Below are positions 15,866-24,550 of a stretch of 32,000 nucleotides of DNA, piece after piece. The notes under the pieces were generated by a model. The model made no database searches. It had not been told where the DNA came from and saw only the letters and a program-made list of their open reading frames with translations. The DNA comes from Psychrobacter cryohalolentis K5. GTDB lineage: Bacteria > Pseudomonadota > Gammaproteobacteria > Pseudomonadales > Moraxellaceae. The position numbers were made by a program, and so were the translations under genes. Position 1 is the stretch's first letter. Each line of letters opens with the position of its first letter. The DNA lies in assembly GCF_000013905.1 (NCBI RefSeq), contig NC_007969.1:1680001-1712000 (forward strand), read 5' to 3'.

Positions 15866-16189
15866 ATGTCTAATAATAATTCTATGATACAACCACTTGA
15901 GTTGTTTAAAGTATTATCTGACCCTACGCGCTTGAAGATTTTCCAAATCCTATATAATAAAGAATCACGCTGCGTCGGTGAGTTAGTAGAGATACTTGAT
16001 CAACCACAGCCAACGATATCCCGCCATCTCAATCATTTAAAAAAACTGGGCATCCTAAATTGTGTTCGTGATGGAACTTGGATGTGGTACGAGGTCGCAA
16101 ATGACTTGCCAGAATGGTGTCAAGACATCTTGGACACTACCTATAAGCAGATATCAATCAAAGAAAGAGCCATGCTAAAACTAGCCTAA
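15866..16189 (+). CDS. ArsR/SmtB-family transcriptional regulator (non-canonical metal site)
   Basis: 107 aa. LSDPTRLKIFQIL...CVGELVEILDQPQPTISRHLNHLKKLGIL is the ArsR wHTH core. Only the first Cys of the ELCVCDLC arsenite site is kept. Confidence 0.85.
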   Translation: MSNNNSMIQPLELFKVLSDPTRLKIFQILYNKESRCVGELVEILDQPQPTISRHLNHLKKLGILNCVRDGTWMWYEVANDLPEWCQDILDTTYKQISIKERAMLKLA

Positions 16190-16244
16190 TGCTAATAGGC
16201 AGTGAAAATTTTGCTTAGATAACTTTGGCTTATATTAGCCGCAT

Positions 16245-16273
16245 AAAAAAGACCTCATGATGAGGTCTTTTTT
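16245..16273. terminator. Bidirectional terminator between the ArsR-family gene and cysA
   Basis: AAAAAAGACCTCA tga TGAGGTCTTTTTT: a perfect GC-containing stem with an A-run and a T-run on either side. Confidence 0.75.
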
Positions 16274-16304
16274 ATGTGCTATCGCTAGCACTCTTGATTG
16301 AACT

Positions 16305-17027
16305 TTAAACCAAGTCTAAGAAATCACTGACAAAGGCATTGGCTGGATGATGAATCAGCGCCTCGGACGTCCCTACTTGCTCGACACGACCATGATTCAT
16401 CACGACAATTTCATCAGATACTGCCCTTGCCTCTTCTTGGTCATGAGTCACCATGATGCTGGTGATACCAAGCTCATGATGTATGTCTTTTAGCCAAGTT
16501 CGCAGCTCTTTACGCACCTTGGCATCCAGCGCCCCAAATGGCTCATCTAATAGCAGTAGTTTTGGCTTAACTGCGAGTGCACGAGCCAGCGCAATACGCT
16601 GCCGCTGGCCGCCTGATAGCTGATGCGGGTAAGCGTTTGCCACTTGTGGCAGCTGTACCAAATCTAATAGCTCAGCCACGCGCTTATCAATATCCGCTTT
16701 ACTGGGGCGCTCGTTTTTTGGTAGTAATGTCAGACCAAAGCCTACATTGTCAGCAACATTTTTATGTCGAAATAACGCATAGTGCTGAAACATAAAACCA
16801 ATGTGGCGCTTTTGTACCGGTGTATTGGTGACGTCTAGCTCATCAAATAATATCTGCCCAGAGTCTGCATACTCAAGACCGGCAATGATACGCAGCAAAG
16901 TGGTTTTACCGCAGCCTGAAGGACCTAATAAAGTCGTCAATTTGCCGGTAGGTACTGTGATATTGATATCATCTAAGGCAGTGAAGTTACCAAATTTTTT
17001 ATTAACGTTACGAATCTCGATGCTCAT
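16305..17027 (-). CDS. cysA: Sulfate/thiosulfate ABC transporter ATP-binding protein CysA (short form, nucleotide-binding domain only)
   Basis: 240 aa from [13 protein letters not shown] (E. coli CysA starts MSIEIANIKKSFG). It has Walker [10 protein letters not shown], signature LSGGQRQR and Walker B LLLLDEP. It ends ...[15 protein letters not shown]. Confidence 0.9.
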   Translation of the reverse strand: MSIEIRNVNKKFGNFTALDDINITVPTGKLTTLLGPSGCGKTTLLRIIAGLEYADSGQILFDELDVTNTPVQKRHIGFMFQHYALFRHKNVADNVGFGLTLLPKNERPSKADIDKRVAELLDLVQLPQVANAYPHQLSGGQRQRIALARALAVKPKLLLLDEPFGALDAKVRKELRTWLKDIHHELGITSIMVTHDQEEARAVSDEIVVMNHGRVEQVGTSEALIHHPANAFVSDFLDLV

Positions 17028-17109
17028 AATGGTGTCTCTTATTATTTCTTTTATCGTAGCAGATAGTTTCAATAGTATGGCGTATAGCAATAGTGGCTTC
17101 TATGAACCG

Positions 17110-18042
17110 TTATGATTTGCCTGCCGATTCTGTAACAGTATCATTAGCACTGACTGGCAGTTCAGGCGCACTTATCAAACGTTCAGACTTGGCAAATTTG
17201 TGATCTTGTAGTTTGGTCATGATTTGCTGAATAAGTAACGTGACCAAAGCAAGTGCGGCAAGTAAGCTCGATAAGGCAAAGGCGGCGGTAAAGTTATAGT
17301 CATTATAGGCAATCTCAACCAGTAGCGGCATAGTGTTGGTTTCTCCGCGGATATGGCCTGAGACCACACTCACCGCACCAAACTCCCCCATCGCCCGTGC
17401 ATTGGTCAAAATCAAACCATATAGCAGCGCCCATTTGATATTGGGCAGTGTCACATGCCAAAACGTTTGCCAACCCGTCGCGCCTAACGTTAATGCTGCC
17501 TGCTCTTCGCTATCGCCCTGCGTTTGCATCAGCGGTATTAACTCACGCGCCACAAAAGGAAAGGTGACAAATAACGTTGCTAAAATAATACCGGGTACGG
17601 CATAAATTACCTGAAAACCCATGCTCTCAAGCCAGCCACCAATCGTAGAATTAAGTCCAAATAATAGAACAAACATTAAACCGGCTACAACGGGAGACAC
17701 TGAGAATGGTAAATCAAGCAACGTCGTCACCAACTGCTTACCTTTAAAATGATAACGCGTTACTAGCCACGCAATGGCAATACCCATCACCATATTAATC
17801 GGTAAGACAATCGCAGCAGTAATCAAGGTTAGCCTAATCGCCTGCAAGGCTTCAGGATCAACGAGAGAGGCAATATATAATTCCCAGCCACCCTTAAAAG
17901 CTTCATAAAACACAGCTAGCAGCGGCACTACCAACATAATAACCATGAATAAAACCGCAATGATAATAAAGGTGCGGCGTACCCATGGCGTATCTTTGGT
18001 TGCTGGGTTGCTTTGGTAGTCGTAGCTATTAGAGATTTGCAT
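17110..18042 (-). CDS. cysW: Sulfate ABC transporter permease CysW
   Basis: Collinear with E. coli CysW (LDLPFSVSPVVAGLMFVLLFG, TNARAMGEFGAVSVVSGHIRGET). The ATG at 18042 overlaps the cysT stop (TAATG), with GGAG 7 nt upstream. Confidence 0.9.
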   Translation of the reverse strand: MQISNSYDYQSNPATKDTPWVRRTFIIIAVLFMVIMLVVPLLAVFYEAFKGGWELYIASLVDPEALQAIRLTLITAAIVLPINMVMGIAIAWLVTRYHFKGKQLVTTLLDLPFSVSPVVAGLMFVLLFGLNSTIGGWLESMGFQVIYAVPGIILATLFVTFPFVARELIPLMQTQGDSEEQAALTLGATGWQTFWHVTLPNIKWALLYGLILTNARAMGEFGAVSVVSGHIRGETNTMPLLVEIAYNDYNFTAAFALSSLLAALALVTLLIQQIMTKLQDHKFAKSERLISAPELPVSANDTVTESAGKS

Positions 18043-18926
18043 TAGCGAGCTCCTACACGGCGCGACAGCTTCCACTGTACGATATTAATGGTCAATAAAA
18101 TCACAAAGGAGATAAGCAGCATAAATAATGCAACGGCTGACGCGCCTTGAACATCAAACTGCTCAAGCTTACTGATAATGATTAATGGCAAAATCTCAGA
18201 CTGCATTGGAATATTACCTGCGATAAAAATAACCGAGCCATACTCGCCGGTCGCACGGGCAAACATCATGCCAGCACCCATCAGTAACGCAGGCAACAGC
18301 TCTGGTAAAATTACCTTGCGAAATGTCGTCAAGCGATTGGCACCCAATACCGCAGACGCCTCTTCGAACTCAACCGATAACTCCGCAAGTACGGGCTGTA
18401 CAGCACGAACAATAAAGGGAAAACTGACGACCACCAAAGCCAACCAAATACCAATCGGTGTAAATGCCACTTGAATATCAAACTTGGCAAACCATTGCCC
18501 GATAAGACCATTAGGTGCATACAAAGTCGCAAGAGAGATACCAGTAACCGCTGTCGGTAGTGCAAAGGGTAAATCCACTAGGGCATTAATCAAGGATTTG
18601 CCCCAAAATTCATAGCGTACGAGCACCCATGCGACCAGTGTGCCAAACACCATATTGGTTAGCATCGCCAAAAATGACATCCATAAGCTGAGTTTGATCG
18701 CTGCCGTGACTTGTGGTTGGCTAATAGTCTCCCAAAATCCCGTCCAGCCCATTTGTGTGGTGGTATAGGCCATCATGGCAAACGGCAGTACTACCAACAG
18801 TGACAAACTAAAGACAGTGATACCCATACTTAGCCCAAACCCTGGTAGCACATTGCGCTGACGCAAGCGTGTTAACCAGCCTTTTTTCGGCACGGGTTTG
18901 ATGGTAGAAGGTGTTGTTGCACTCAT
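18042..18926 (-). CDS. cysT: Sulfate ABC transporter permease CysT (CysU)
   Basis: 294 aa. VLPGFGLSMGITV...DLPFALPTAVTGISLATLYAPNG...ATGEYGSVIFIAGNIP is collinear with E. coli CysU. Confidence 0.9.
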   Translation of the reverse strand: MSATTPSTIKPVPKKGWLTRLRQRNVLPGFGLSMGITVFSLSLLVVLPFAMMAYTTTQMGWTGFWETISQPQVTAAIKLSLWMSFLAMLTNMVFGTLVAWVLVRYEFWGKSLINALVDLPFALPTAVTGISLATLYAPNGLIGQWFAKFDIQVAFTPIGIWLALVVVSFPFIVRAVQPVLAELSVEFEEASAVLGANRLTTFRKVILPELLPALLMGAGMMFARATGEYGSVIFIAGNIPMQSEILPLIIISKLEQFDVQGASAVALFMLLISFVILLTINIVQWKLSRRVGAR

Positions 18927-19030
18927 AATAGTGTCCTATTGCCTAGCTGATGGTACTTATCGTAAGCACTCTATCGTATCGATATAAAGAGAAAAGTATG
19001 ATAAACAGAGATGATGAATATGCTCATGGT

Positions 19031-19065
19031 ATAAAGGACATAGCGTTGACGGCCATGTCCTTTAT
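19031..19065 (-). other. Intercistronic stem-loop between cysP and cysT
   Basis: Perfect 11-bp stem ATAAAGGACAT/ATGTCCTTTAT with a 13-nt loop and no U-run. Confidence 0.45.
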
Positions 19066-19192
19066 GAGATTGACATAATTTCATGATGTCGTGCGTTACT
19101 GATTAATAGTCAAATAATGCAGTCGCTGTACTCAAATAAATTCTTGAATAAGTAACGGCTTTTATCGTCGGTTACTCACAGTACTACCGTTG

Positions 19193-20290
19193 TTACTGAG
19201 GCGCATTAACCGCTAACTTATCAAACAAACCACCATCACTGAAATAGGTGCTCATGATCTCATCCCAAGTGCCAAAAGCGTCATTCGGACGGAAGGTGTC
19301 GATAGGTGGCAATTTATCACTGTTTTTATCAAGAACACTCTTCACACTTGGGCGCAAGTATAAGTCAGCTGCCAATTGCTGGGCTGCATCGCTCCATAAG
19401 AAATCAAGATAGGCTTTGGCGGCATCTGTGGTGCCTTTTTTATCAGTGACGGTTTTTACAATAGCAACTGGGCTTTCAGATTTTATTGAGTATTTTGGAT
19501 AAACAATATCGACTTGACCGACGCCAAAATCTTTTGCCGCAAGGTTGGCTTCGTTCTCAAATGTTACCAAGACATCACCGATACCACGTTGTACAAACGT
19601 CGTAGTCGCCGCACGTCCGCCACTTTCATAGACTTTGACGTTTTTTAGCATGTCTTTGACGTATTTTTCTGCTTGTGCTTCATCTTTATTAAAAGCATGT
19701 AAACCATAACCATAAGCACCTAAGAAGGCATAGCGACCGTTACCCGTCACTTTTGGGTTTGCCATGACAATCTCAACACCCTCTTTGGTCAAATCTGCCC
19801 AATCATTGATGCCTTTTGGATTGTCTTTGCGCACTAAAAAGACGATGGTACTGGTAAAAGGTACGGCATTGTCTGGGAATTTGCTTTCCCAATCTGACTC
19901 AACCAAGCCTTTTTTCTCAAGCAGCTCAATATCAGAGCCTTGGTTCATGGTTGCGACATCGGCTTGTAAACCATTCGCGACCGACAGGGCTTGTTTACTC
20001 GAACCACCATGCGACTGCTTGATAAGAATATTGCTGTTTGGGTGCTCGCTTTTGTAATGATCAACAAATAATGGATTGTAGTCTTTATAAAAATCACGGG
20101 CGACATCGTAGGAGACGTTCAATATTTCGATGTCCTGCCCTTCTGTCGCTGCTGGCGTGCCCTCTGCATTGGCAGCTGGCTCAGTTTTTTCGTTGTTGCT
20201 ACAGCCTGCAATACCTAAAGTGAGCGCCACACCGGCGATACTTAGGGCGCTAAGTGTCTTATTTTTATAACCTGCGGTATATGATGTCAT
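19193..20290 (-). CDS. cysP: Sulfate/thiosulfate-binding protein (lipoprotein form), operon-linked copy
   Basis: 365 aa. It has the Sbp/CysP core NVSYDVARDFYKDYN...QSHGGSSKQALSVANGLQADV...RYAFLGAYGYG and the lipobox LGIAG-C. GAGG lies 5 nt upstream of the ATG. The Sbp versus CysP assignment is not resolvable by eye. Confidence 0.85.
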   Translation of the reverse strand: MTSYTAGYKNKTLSALSIAGVALTLGIAGCSNNEKTEPAANAEGTPAATEGQDIEILNVSYDVARDFYKDYNPLFVDHYKSEHPNSNILIKQSHGGSSKQALSVANGLQADVATMNQGSDIELLEKKGLVESDWESKFPDNAVPFTSTIVFLVRKDNPKGINDWADLTKEGVEIVMANPKVTGNGRYAFLGAYGYGLHAFNKDEAQAEKYVKDMLKNVKVYESGGRAATTTFVQRGIGDVLVTFENEANLAAKDFGVGQVDIVYPKYSIKSESPVAIVKTVTDKKGTTDAAKAYLDFLWSDAAQQLAADLYLRPSVKSVLDKNSDKLPPIDTFRPNDAFGTWDEIMSTYFSDGGLFDKLAVNAPQ

Positions 20291-20488
20291 GGCTGCCTCA
20301 AAAAATGTCTGATAAGTAATGTAAGTATGCTAACAGTGCTATCTTATTATGTTTAATGATGAATATGTGTATGTTATTGCCAAAATGGAATAAAGAAATG
20401 AGAAATATAAGATTATCAATAACTTAAATTTATCCGTAATGCATAGGTTAAATATTTTCAATGATCATTGGCTATCCGCTAATAATTT

Positions 20489-20540
20489 AGCCATTTGATT
20501 CAACCTTTCATCTAAGCATGAATGTCTGAATCAAATGGCT
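20489..20540 (-). other. Long stem-loop between the two binding-protein genes
   Basis: Perfect 14-bp stem AGCCATTTGATTCA/TGAATCAAATGGCT with a 24-nt loop that has an inner TTCAT/ATGAA pairing. No adjacent U-run. Confidence 0.45.
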
Positions 20541-20576
20541 TATAACTGAACAACTTGATTACCTTTTTTATTACCT

Positions 20577-21725
20577 TTACTGCACGCTTGCCAGCTTATC
20601 AAAACGCCCGCCATCAACAAAAAACGTCTCCATAATCTGTGTCCAAGGACCAAAGACACTGACTGGCTCAAACGTCTCAATATCAAGCAAAGTACCTTTA
20701 TGGGCGGCAAGTACTTGCTCATTACTAGGACGCATGTACATCTGTGCCATCAGTTCTTGCGCTGGCGTGTCCCATAAACTCTTTAGATAGGTGTTTGCCG
20801 CTTCTGTTTTGCCCGCTTTGTCAGTCACCGCATTCACCACTGCAACAGGATTGGCAATCAACACTGAATAACTTGGATAGACGATATCGACTTGTCCTTT
20901 GGCAAATTGCTTGGCGGCCAAATGCGCTTCGTTTTCGGTCGTGATAAGCACGTCCCCTAGACCGCGTTGGGTAAAGCTGGTCGTTGCGGCGCGCGCGCCA
21001 TTGTCATAAGTGACGACGTTTGCCAAAAGTTGTTTGATAAAGGTATCTGTTTTGGTAGAGGTTTCGACAGTTTCTTTAAAATGATGCAGACCATAACCGT
21101 AGGCACCTAAAAAGGCATAACGCGCCGTACCACTGGTTTTCGGATTGGGTATTACTATAGCTACGTCACTACGTGCCAAATCTTGCCAGTCTTTAATACC
21201 CTTTGGATTGCCGCTGCGTACCAATAGAACCATGGTACTGGTATAAGGGACCGCGCCGTTTGGTAACGCTTTCTGCCAGTCAGCAGCAACCAAGCCTTTT
21301 TCAACCAATAGATTCATATCGCTTTCTTGGTTAAAGGTCACCACATCCGCTTGTAGACCATTAGCAACCGACAGGGCTTGCTTACTCGAGCCACCATGTG
21401 ACTGATTGATATGTACTTTGCTGTTGGGATGCTCTTTTTGGTAGCCTTTGGCAAATAAAGTATTATAATCTTTATAAAAATCGCGTGAGACATCGTAAGA
21501 GACATTCAACAAATCAATATCTTGTGACGGCGCTGCTGATTTTTGGGCGCCGTTTTGGGTCTCACTTTGCTTAGATTCAGTAGGGCTACAGCCCGTCATG
21601 AATACCGCCATTGTCAGCACACCACCCATTATCAAGGTACGTGGTGCTTTATTTTGAAGCACTTGATTATCAGTCATTGAGGTATGACGCAAAGGCTGAT
21701 TCTTGGCTATATTGGTCGTTTGCAT
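20577..21725 (-). CDS. sbp: Second sulfate/thiosulfate-binding protein paralogue (lipoprotein form)
   Basis: Same conserved core as the neighbouring copy, with most core positions identical by eye (not counted). The lipobox is FMTG-C. The start is ambiguous, with ATG at 21746, 21725 or 21677 and none having a strong SD. Confidence 0.8.
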   Translation of the reverse strand: MQTTNIAKNQPLRHTSMTDNQVLQNKAPRTLIMGGVLTMAVFMTGCSPTESKQSETQNGAQKSAAPSQDIDLLNVSYDVSRDFYKDYNTLFAKGYQKEHPNSKVHINQSHGGSSKQALSVANGLQADVVTFNQESDMNLLVEKGLVAADWQKALPNGAVPYTSTMVLLVRSGNPKGIKDWQDLARSDVAIVIPNPKTSGTARYAFLGAYGYGLHHFKETVETSTKTDTFIKQLLANVVTYDNGARAATTSFTQRGLGDVLITTENEAHLAAKQFAKGQVDIVYPSYSVLIANPVAVVNAVTDKAGKTEAANTYLKSLWDTPAQELMAQMYMRPSNEQVLAAHKGTLLDIETFEPVSVFGPWTQIMETFFVDGGRFDKLASVQ

Positions 21726-22119
21726 AGACGCTCTCGATAATGTCATGCTGCCACTTGTGGACCTTACTATTTTATTAATTCTATAAATAAGGATAACAAA
21801 GGCAGTGATGGTAAGAATTTTGGGAGATACATTGGTTTTTTTGTTGATGAGAGATATGCTAGCAGCATAGATAACAAATGCTTAGTGACGAATACGCTTA
21901 TCGAGTGGTGAACTTGGCATAAGCACGATGATTAGTAGCGCTATTATTAGTTATTCTATAATGGATATTTTTAGGAGCTATTTGCGATATAGAGATAAGC
22001 CATCACTTTTGAGTAAGTGATGGTATTGTTTGCCCAGTAGACGAATATTTGTGTAAGCTGTATCATCGCTGGCGCTGTATAGTCAGTCCTTAATAAAAGA
22101 AATACAAATATTATCAATC

Positions 22120-22191
22120 ACTACTGGGGTTAATTTTTCTTGCTTGCTGTGCCTACGCAGACAGAGGCTGCAAATAATGAACCCCAGTAGT
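22120..22191. repeat. Perfect 12-bp inverted repeat with 48-nt spacer in the sbp/lipoprotein intergenic region
   Basis: ACTACTGGGGTT (22120-22131) and AACCCCAGTAGT (22180-22191). Confidence 0.5.
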
Positions 22192-22327
22192 TCCGTACTC
22201 TTTTAAAAGTGGATTAGCTATAATGGCTGCAAATAAACAACTGCTACCTAAAACTGTTTAATTCAATCAAAAATAGCCATTTTGCAAAGCCATTTTTATC
22301 ACTTACTCACTTACCCAAGGCAACTTA

Positions 22328-22846
22328 ATGATTACTTCTTTCTCTTGTTACTCGCGTTTTTTTGCCGCCCTCTCTTTAACGAGTGCAGCGCTGCTTGCTT
22401 TGAGTGGTTGTAATAACACTATAAAAGCCAATGTGGATAATCACAGCGTTACGCAACCTGCAGCGACACTCTCGCCTGCTGTAAAAGTCATCGTTGGTGA
22501 CTATGCTTCTGAGGGTTATGCTAAGCGTACGCAAGGCGATGACTGGGTAGCCGTGATGGTAAAAGCAGACGGTGATAAGCAGATTGACATTAAGATACGT
22601 GCGCGCAGCGATGTCAAAAAACCGACCTGCCATTTTGATGGCAAAGCAACATTGATGGGTCAAGATGATGCACACGGCATTATTTTTCAGAGCAAGGTCA
22701 ATGACAGTACAGCTTTTTTTCAATTTAAAGATGATAAATTGACTATTGATAGCCAAGATAAATACGCGCTTAACTACTTTTGCTCTGGCGGTGGCACATT
22801 GGTTGGTGACTATCAAAAGTTGGCAAGTGGTTTAGAGCTCAGCTAA
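22328..22846 (+). CDS. Small lipoprotein of unknown function
   Basis: 172 aa with lipobox LALSG-C and AAGG 7 nt upstream of the ATG. The mature part has two Cys (PTCHFDG, NYFCSGGG). No family recognised. Confidence 0.7.
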   Translation: MITSFSCYSRFFAALSLTSAALLALSGCNNTIKANVDNHSVTQPAATLSPAVKVIVGDYASEGYAKRTQGDDWVAVMVKADGDKQIDIKIRARSDVKKPTCHFDGKATLMGQDDAHGIIFQSKVNDSTAFFQFKDDKLTIDSQDKYALNYFCSGGGTLVGDYQKLASGLELS

Positions 22847-22875
22847 CCACGAGATGTTCAAAACGTTCAAATAAC

Positions 22876-22911
22876 AAAAAAAGGGTCAGACTTATCATCT
22901 GACCCTTTTTT
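22876..22911. terminator. Bidirectional terminator between the lipoprotein gene and sat
   Basis: AAAAAAAGGGTCAGA cttatca TCTGACCCTTTTTT. Confidence 0.75.
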
Positions 22912-22935
22912 ATCTTTCATATTGAATATAAATTT

Positions 22936-24189
22936 TTATACCGCAGAAGCCCCGACCAATTTAACCTCAGCACGCTCATCAAAAGCGATACCAGCATAAT
23001 AATCACGCAAAATCTGCAACACTTCTGGACGGCTAAAGTTCTCTGGTACATCAAGGTCTTCTGAGAGTGCTTTGCGTAGTTTGGTTCCTGATACTTTGAC
23101 ATGTTCAGACGCTTCATGCGGGCAGGTTTTATCTGACGCCATGGCATTACAAGCATTACACCAAAACGTCCAACCAATCTTTAACGGTTGGGTAATCAAA
23201 TCATCTTTACCGACGTGGTCAAAAATGGTTTGGGCATCAAAGGCACCATAATAATCACCAACACCGGCATGGTCACGACCAACGATCAAATGGCTACAGC
23301 CGTAGTTTTGGCGGAATACGGCATGTAATAATGCTTCACGCGGTCCGGCATAACGCATATCAAGCGGATAACCTGCTTGAATAACAGTATCAGCTCTAAA
23401 GTAATTGTCAATCAAGGTTTTAATGGCTTCTTGGCGTACGTCTGCTGGGATATCACCTGGTTTTAACGCACCCAATAATGAATGTATCAGTACGCCATCA
23501 CAGATCTCAATCGCAATCTTGGCAAGGTATTCGTGTGAGCGGTGCATGGGATTACGGGTTTGGAAAGCCGCGACCGTTTGCCAGCCTTTATTGTCCAAAA
23601 TTGCGCGGGTTTCAGCTGGTGTTTTATAAATCTCAGGATATAAGGTTGGAAACTCGCCTTCGCTTAGGACTTCAACGCTACCTGCAATGTTGACTTCACC
23701 TTGCTCCAGTACTTGTTGGACACCAGGATGCTCAGGATCTGTGGTGGTAAATACTTGTTGGCACTCATGCTCTTTATCAATGGTGTAGGTTTCTTCCACC
23801 GTCAAGATACCCATAATCTCGCCATCTTGCGCTACCAAAGCAACTTTATCACCTTGATTTAGGCTATCCGCTGTCGCTTTCGGTGCTGATAAAGTAATAG
23901 GAATCGGCCAAAACAAGCCCGCATTGTCACCACTTTGCAGGCGCATATTATCAACCACGCCCTGCCAATCGGCTTGATTCATAAAACCATTTAACGGCGT
24001 AAAACCGCCAATACCAAACATAATCAAATCACCGCGCTCACGTGAGCTGAGCGTAATGGCTGGCAAAGTACTGGCAAGTTTTAATGCTTGGTTGCGAGCC
24101 TCACCATTCAATAGTAACGGCTTAAGCTCAGCACTACCGTGCGGAGGCACAAGTTTTGAGGGTCTTTGATCATGGGTGATAGATGTCAT
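22936..24189 (-). CDS. sat: Sulfate adenylyltransferase, Sat type (homo-oligomeric ATP sulfurylase)
   Basis: 417 aa with [14 protein letters not shown] and GRDHAGVG motifs. A C-terminal [15 protein letters not shown] Cys/His cluster is present. There is no APS-kinase domain. Confidence 0.9.
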   Translation of the reverse strand: MTSITHDQRPSKLVPPHGSAELKPLLLNGEARNQALKLASTLPAITLSSRERGDLIMFGIGGFTPLNGFMNQADWQGVVDNMRLQSGDNAGLFWPIPITLSAPKATADSLNQGDKVALVAQDGEIMGILTVEETYTIDKEHECQQVFTTTDPEHPGVQQVLEQGEVNIAGSVEVLSEGEFPTLYPEIYKTPAETRAILDNKGWQTVAAFQTRNPMHRSHEYLAKIAIEICDGVLIHSLLGALKPGDIPADVRQEAIKTLIDNYFRADTVIQAGYPLDMRYAGPREALLHAVFRQNYGCSHLIVGRDHAGVGDYYGAFDAQTIFDHVGKDDLITQPLKIGWTFWCNACNAMASDKTCPHEASEHVKVSGTKLRKALSEDLDVPENFSRPEVLQILRDYYAGIAFDERAEVKLVGASAV

Positions 24190-24550
24190 AGTAATTTTAC
24201 AACCTTAAGAGATGAGAGAAAGATGAGTAACTGTAGATAAAGGTAGTAGAGAAGCAATTGGGCGAACAAAGGGATAATGGCAGTACGTTAAAGCTATTTA
24301 TTAAATGATTAAAAACTGCTCATTAAAATCAGGTATTGAATTCGATAAGCATAGGCTACCTAACTTTCGTTATGAAAATTTATGCTGTGTTTGGATATGT
24401 ATATGACTGAAAGGAATTTATGTTTTGAAGTACAAGCTTATATGATGTAAAGCTGAACGGTACACATTACGATCGACAACAAAATATATTACACACGCAA
24501 ATCATTTTCGTCGCTGCTTTTAAGACTAAAAACAAAATTGAGATTACGTC

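Noticed and set aside
12227-22296. Recurrence of AGCCATTT (or its complement) in several intergenic regions (12227, 20489/20533, 22275, 22288)
   Set aside because: An 8-mer in AT-rich DNA can recur by chance. Significance cannot be judged without genome-wide counts. It would become interesting only if enriched upstream of cys-regulon genes.
22376-23177. Minus-strand ORFs 22376-22816 (antisense to the lipoprotein gene) and 22917-23177 (alternate frame over the sat 3-prime end)
   Set aside because: The lipoprotein frame has a lipobox and an SD, and the sat frame has family motifs. The alternatives have neither.
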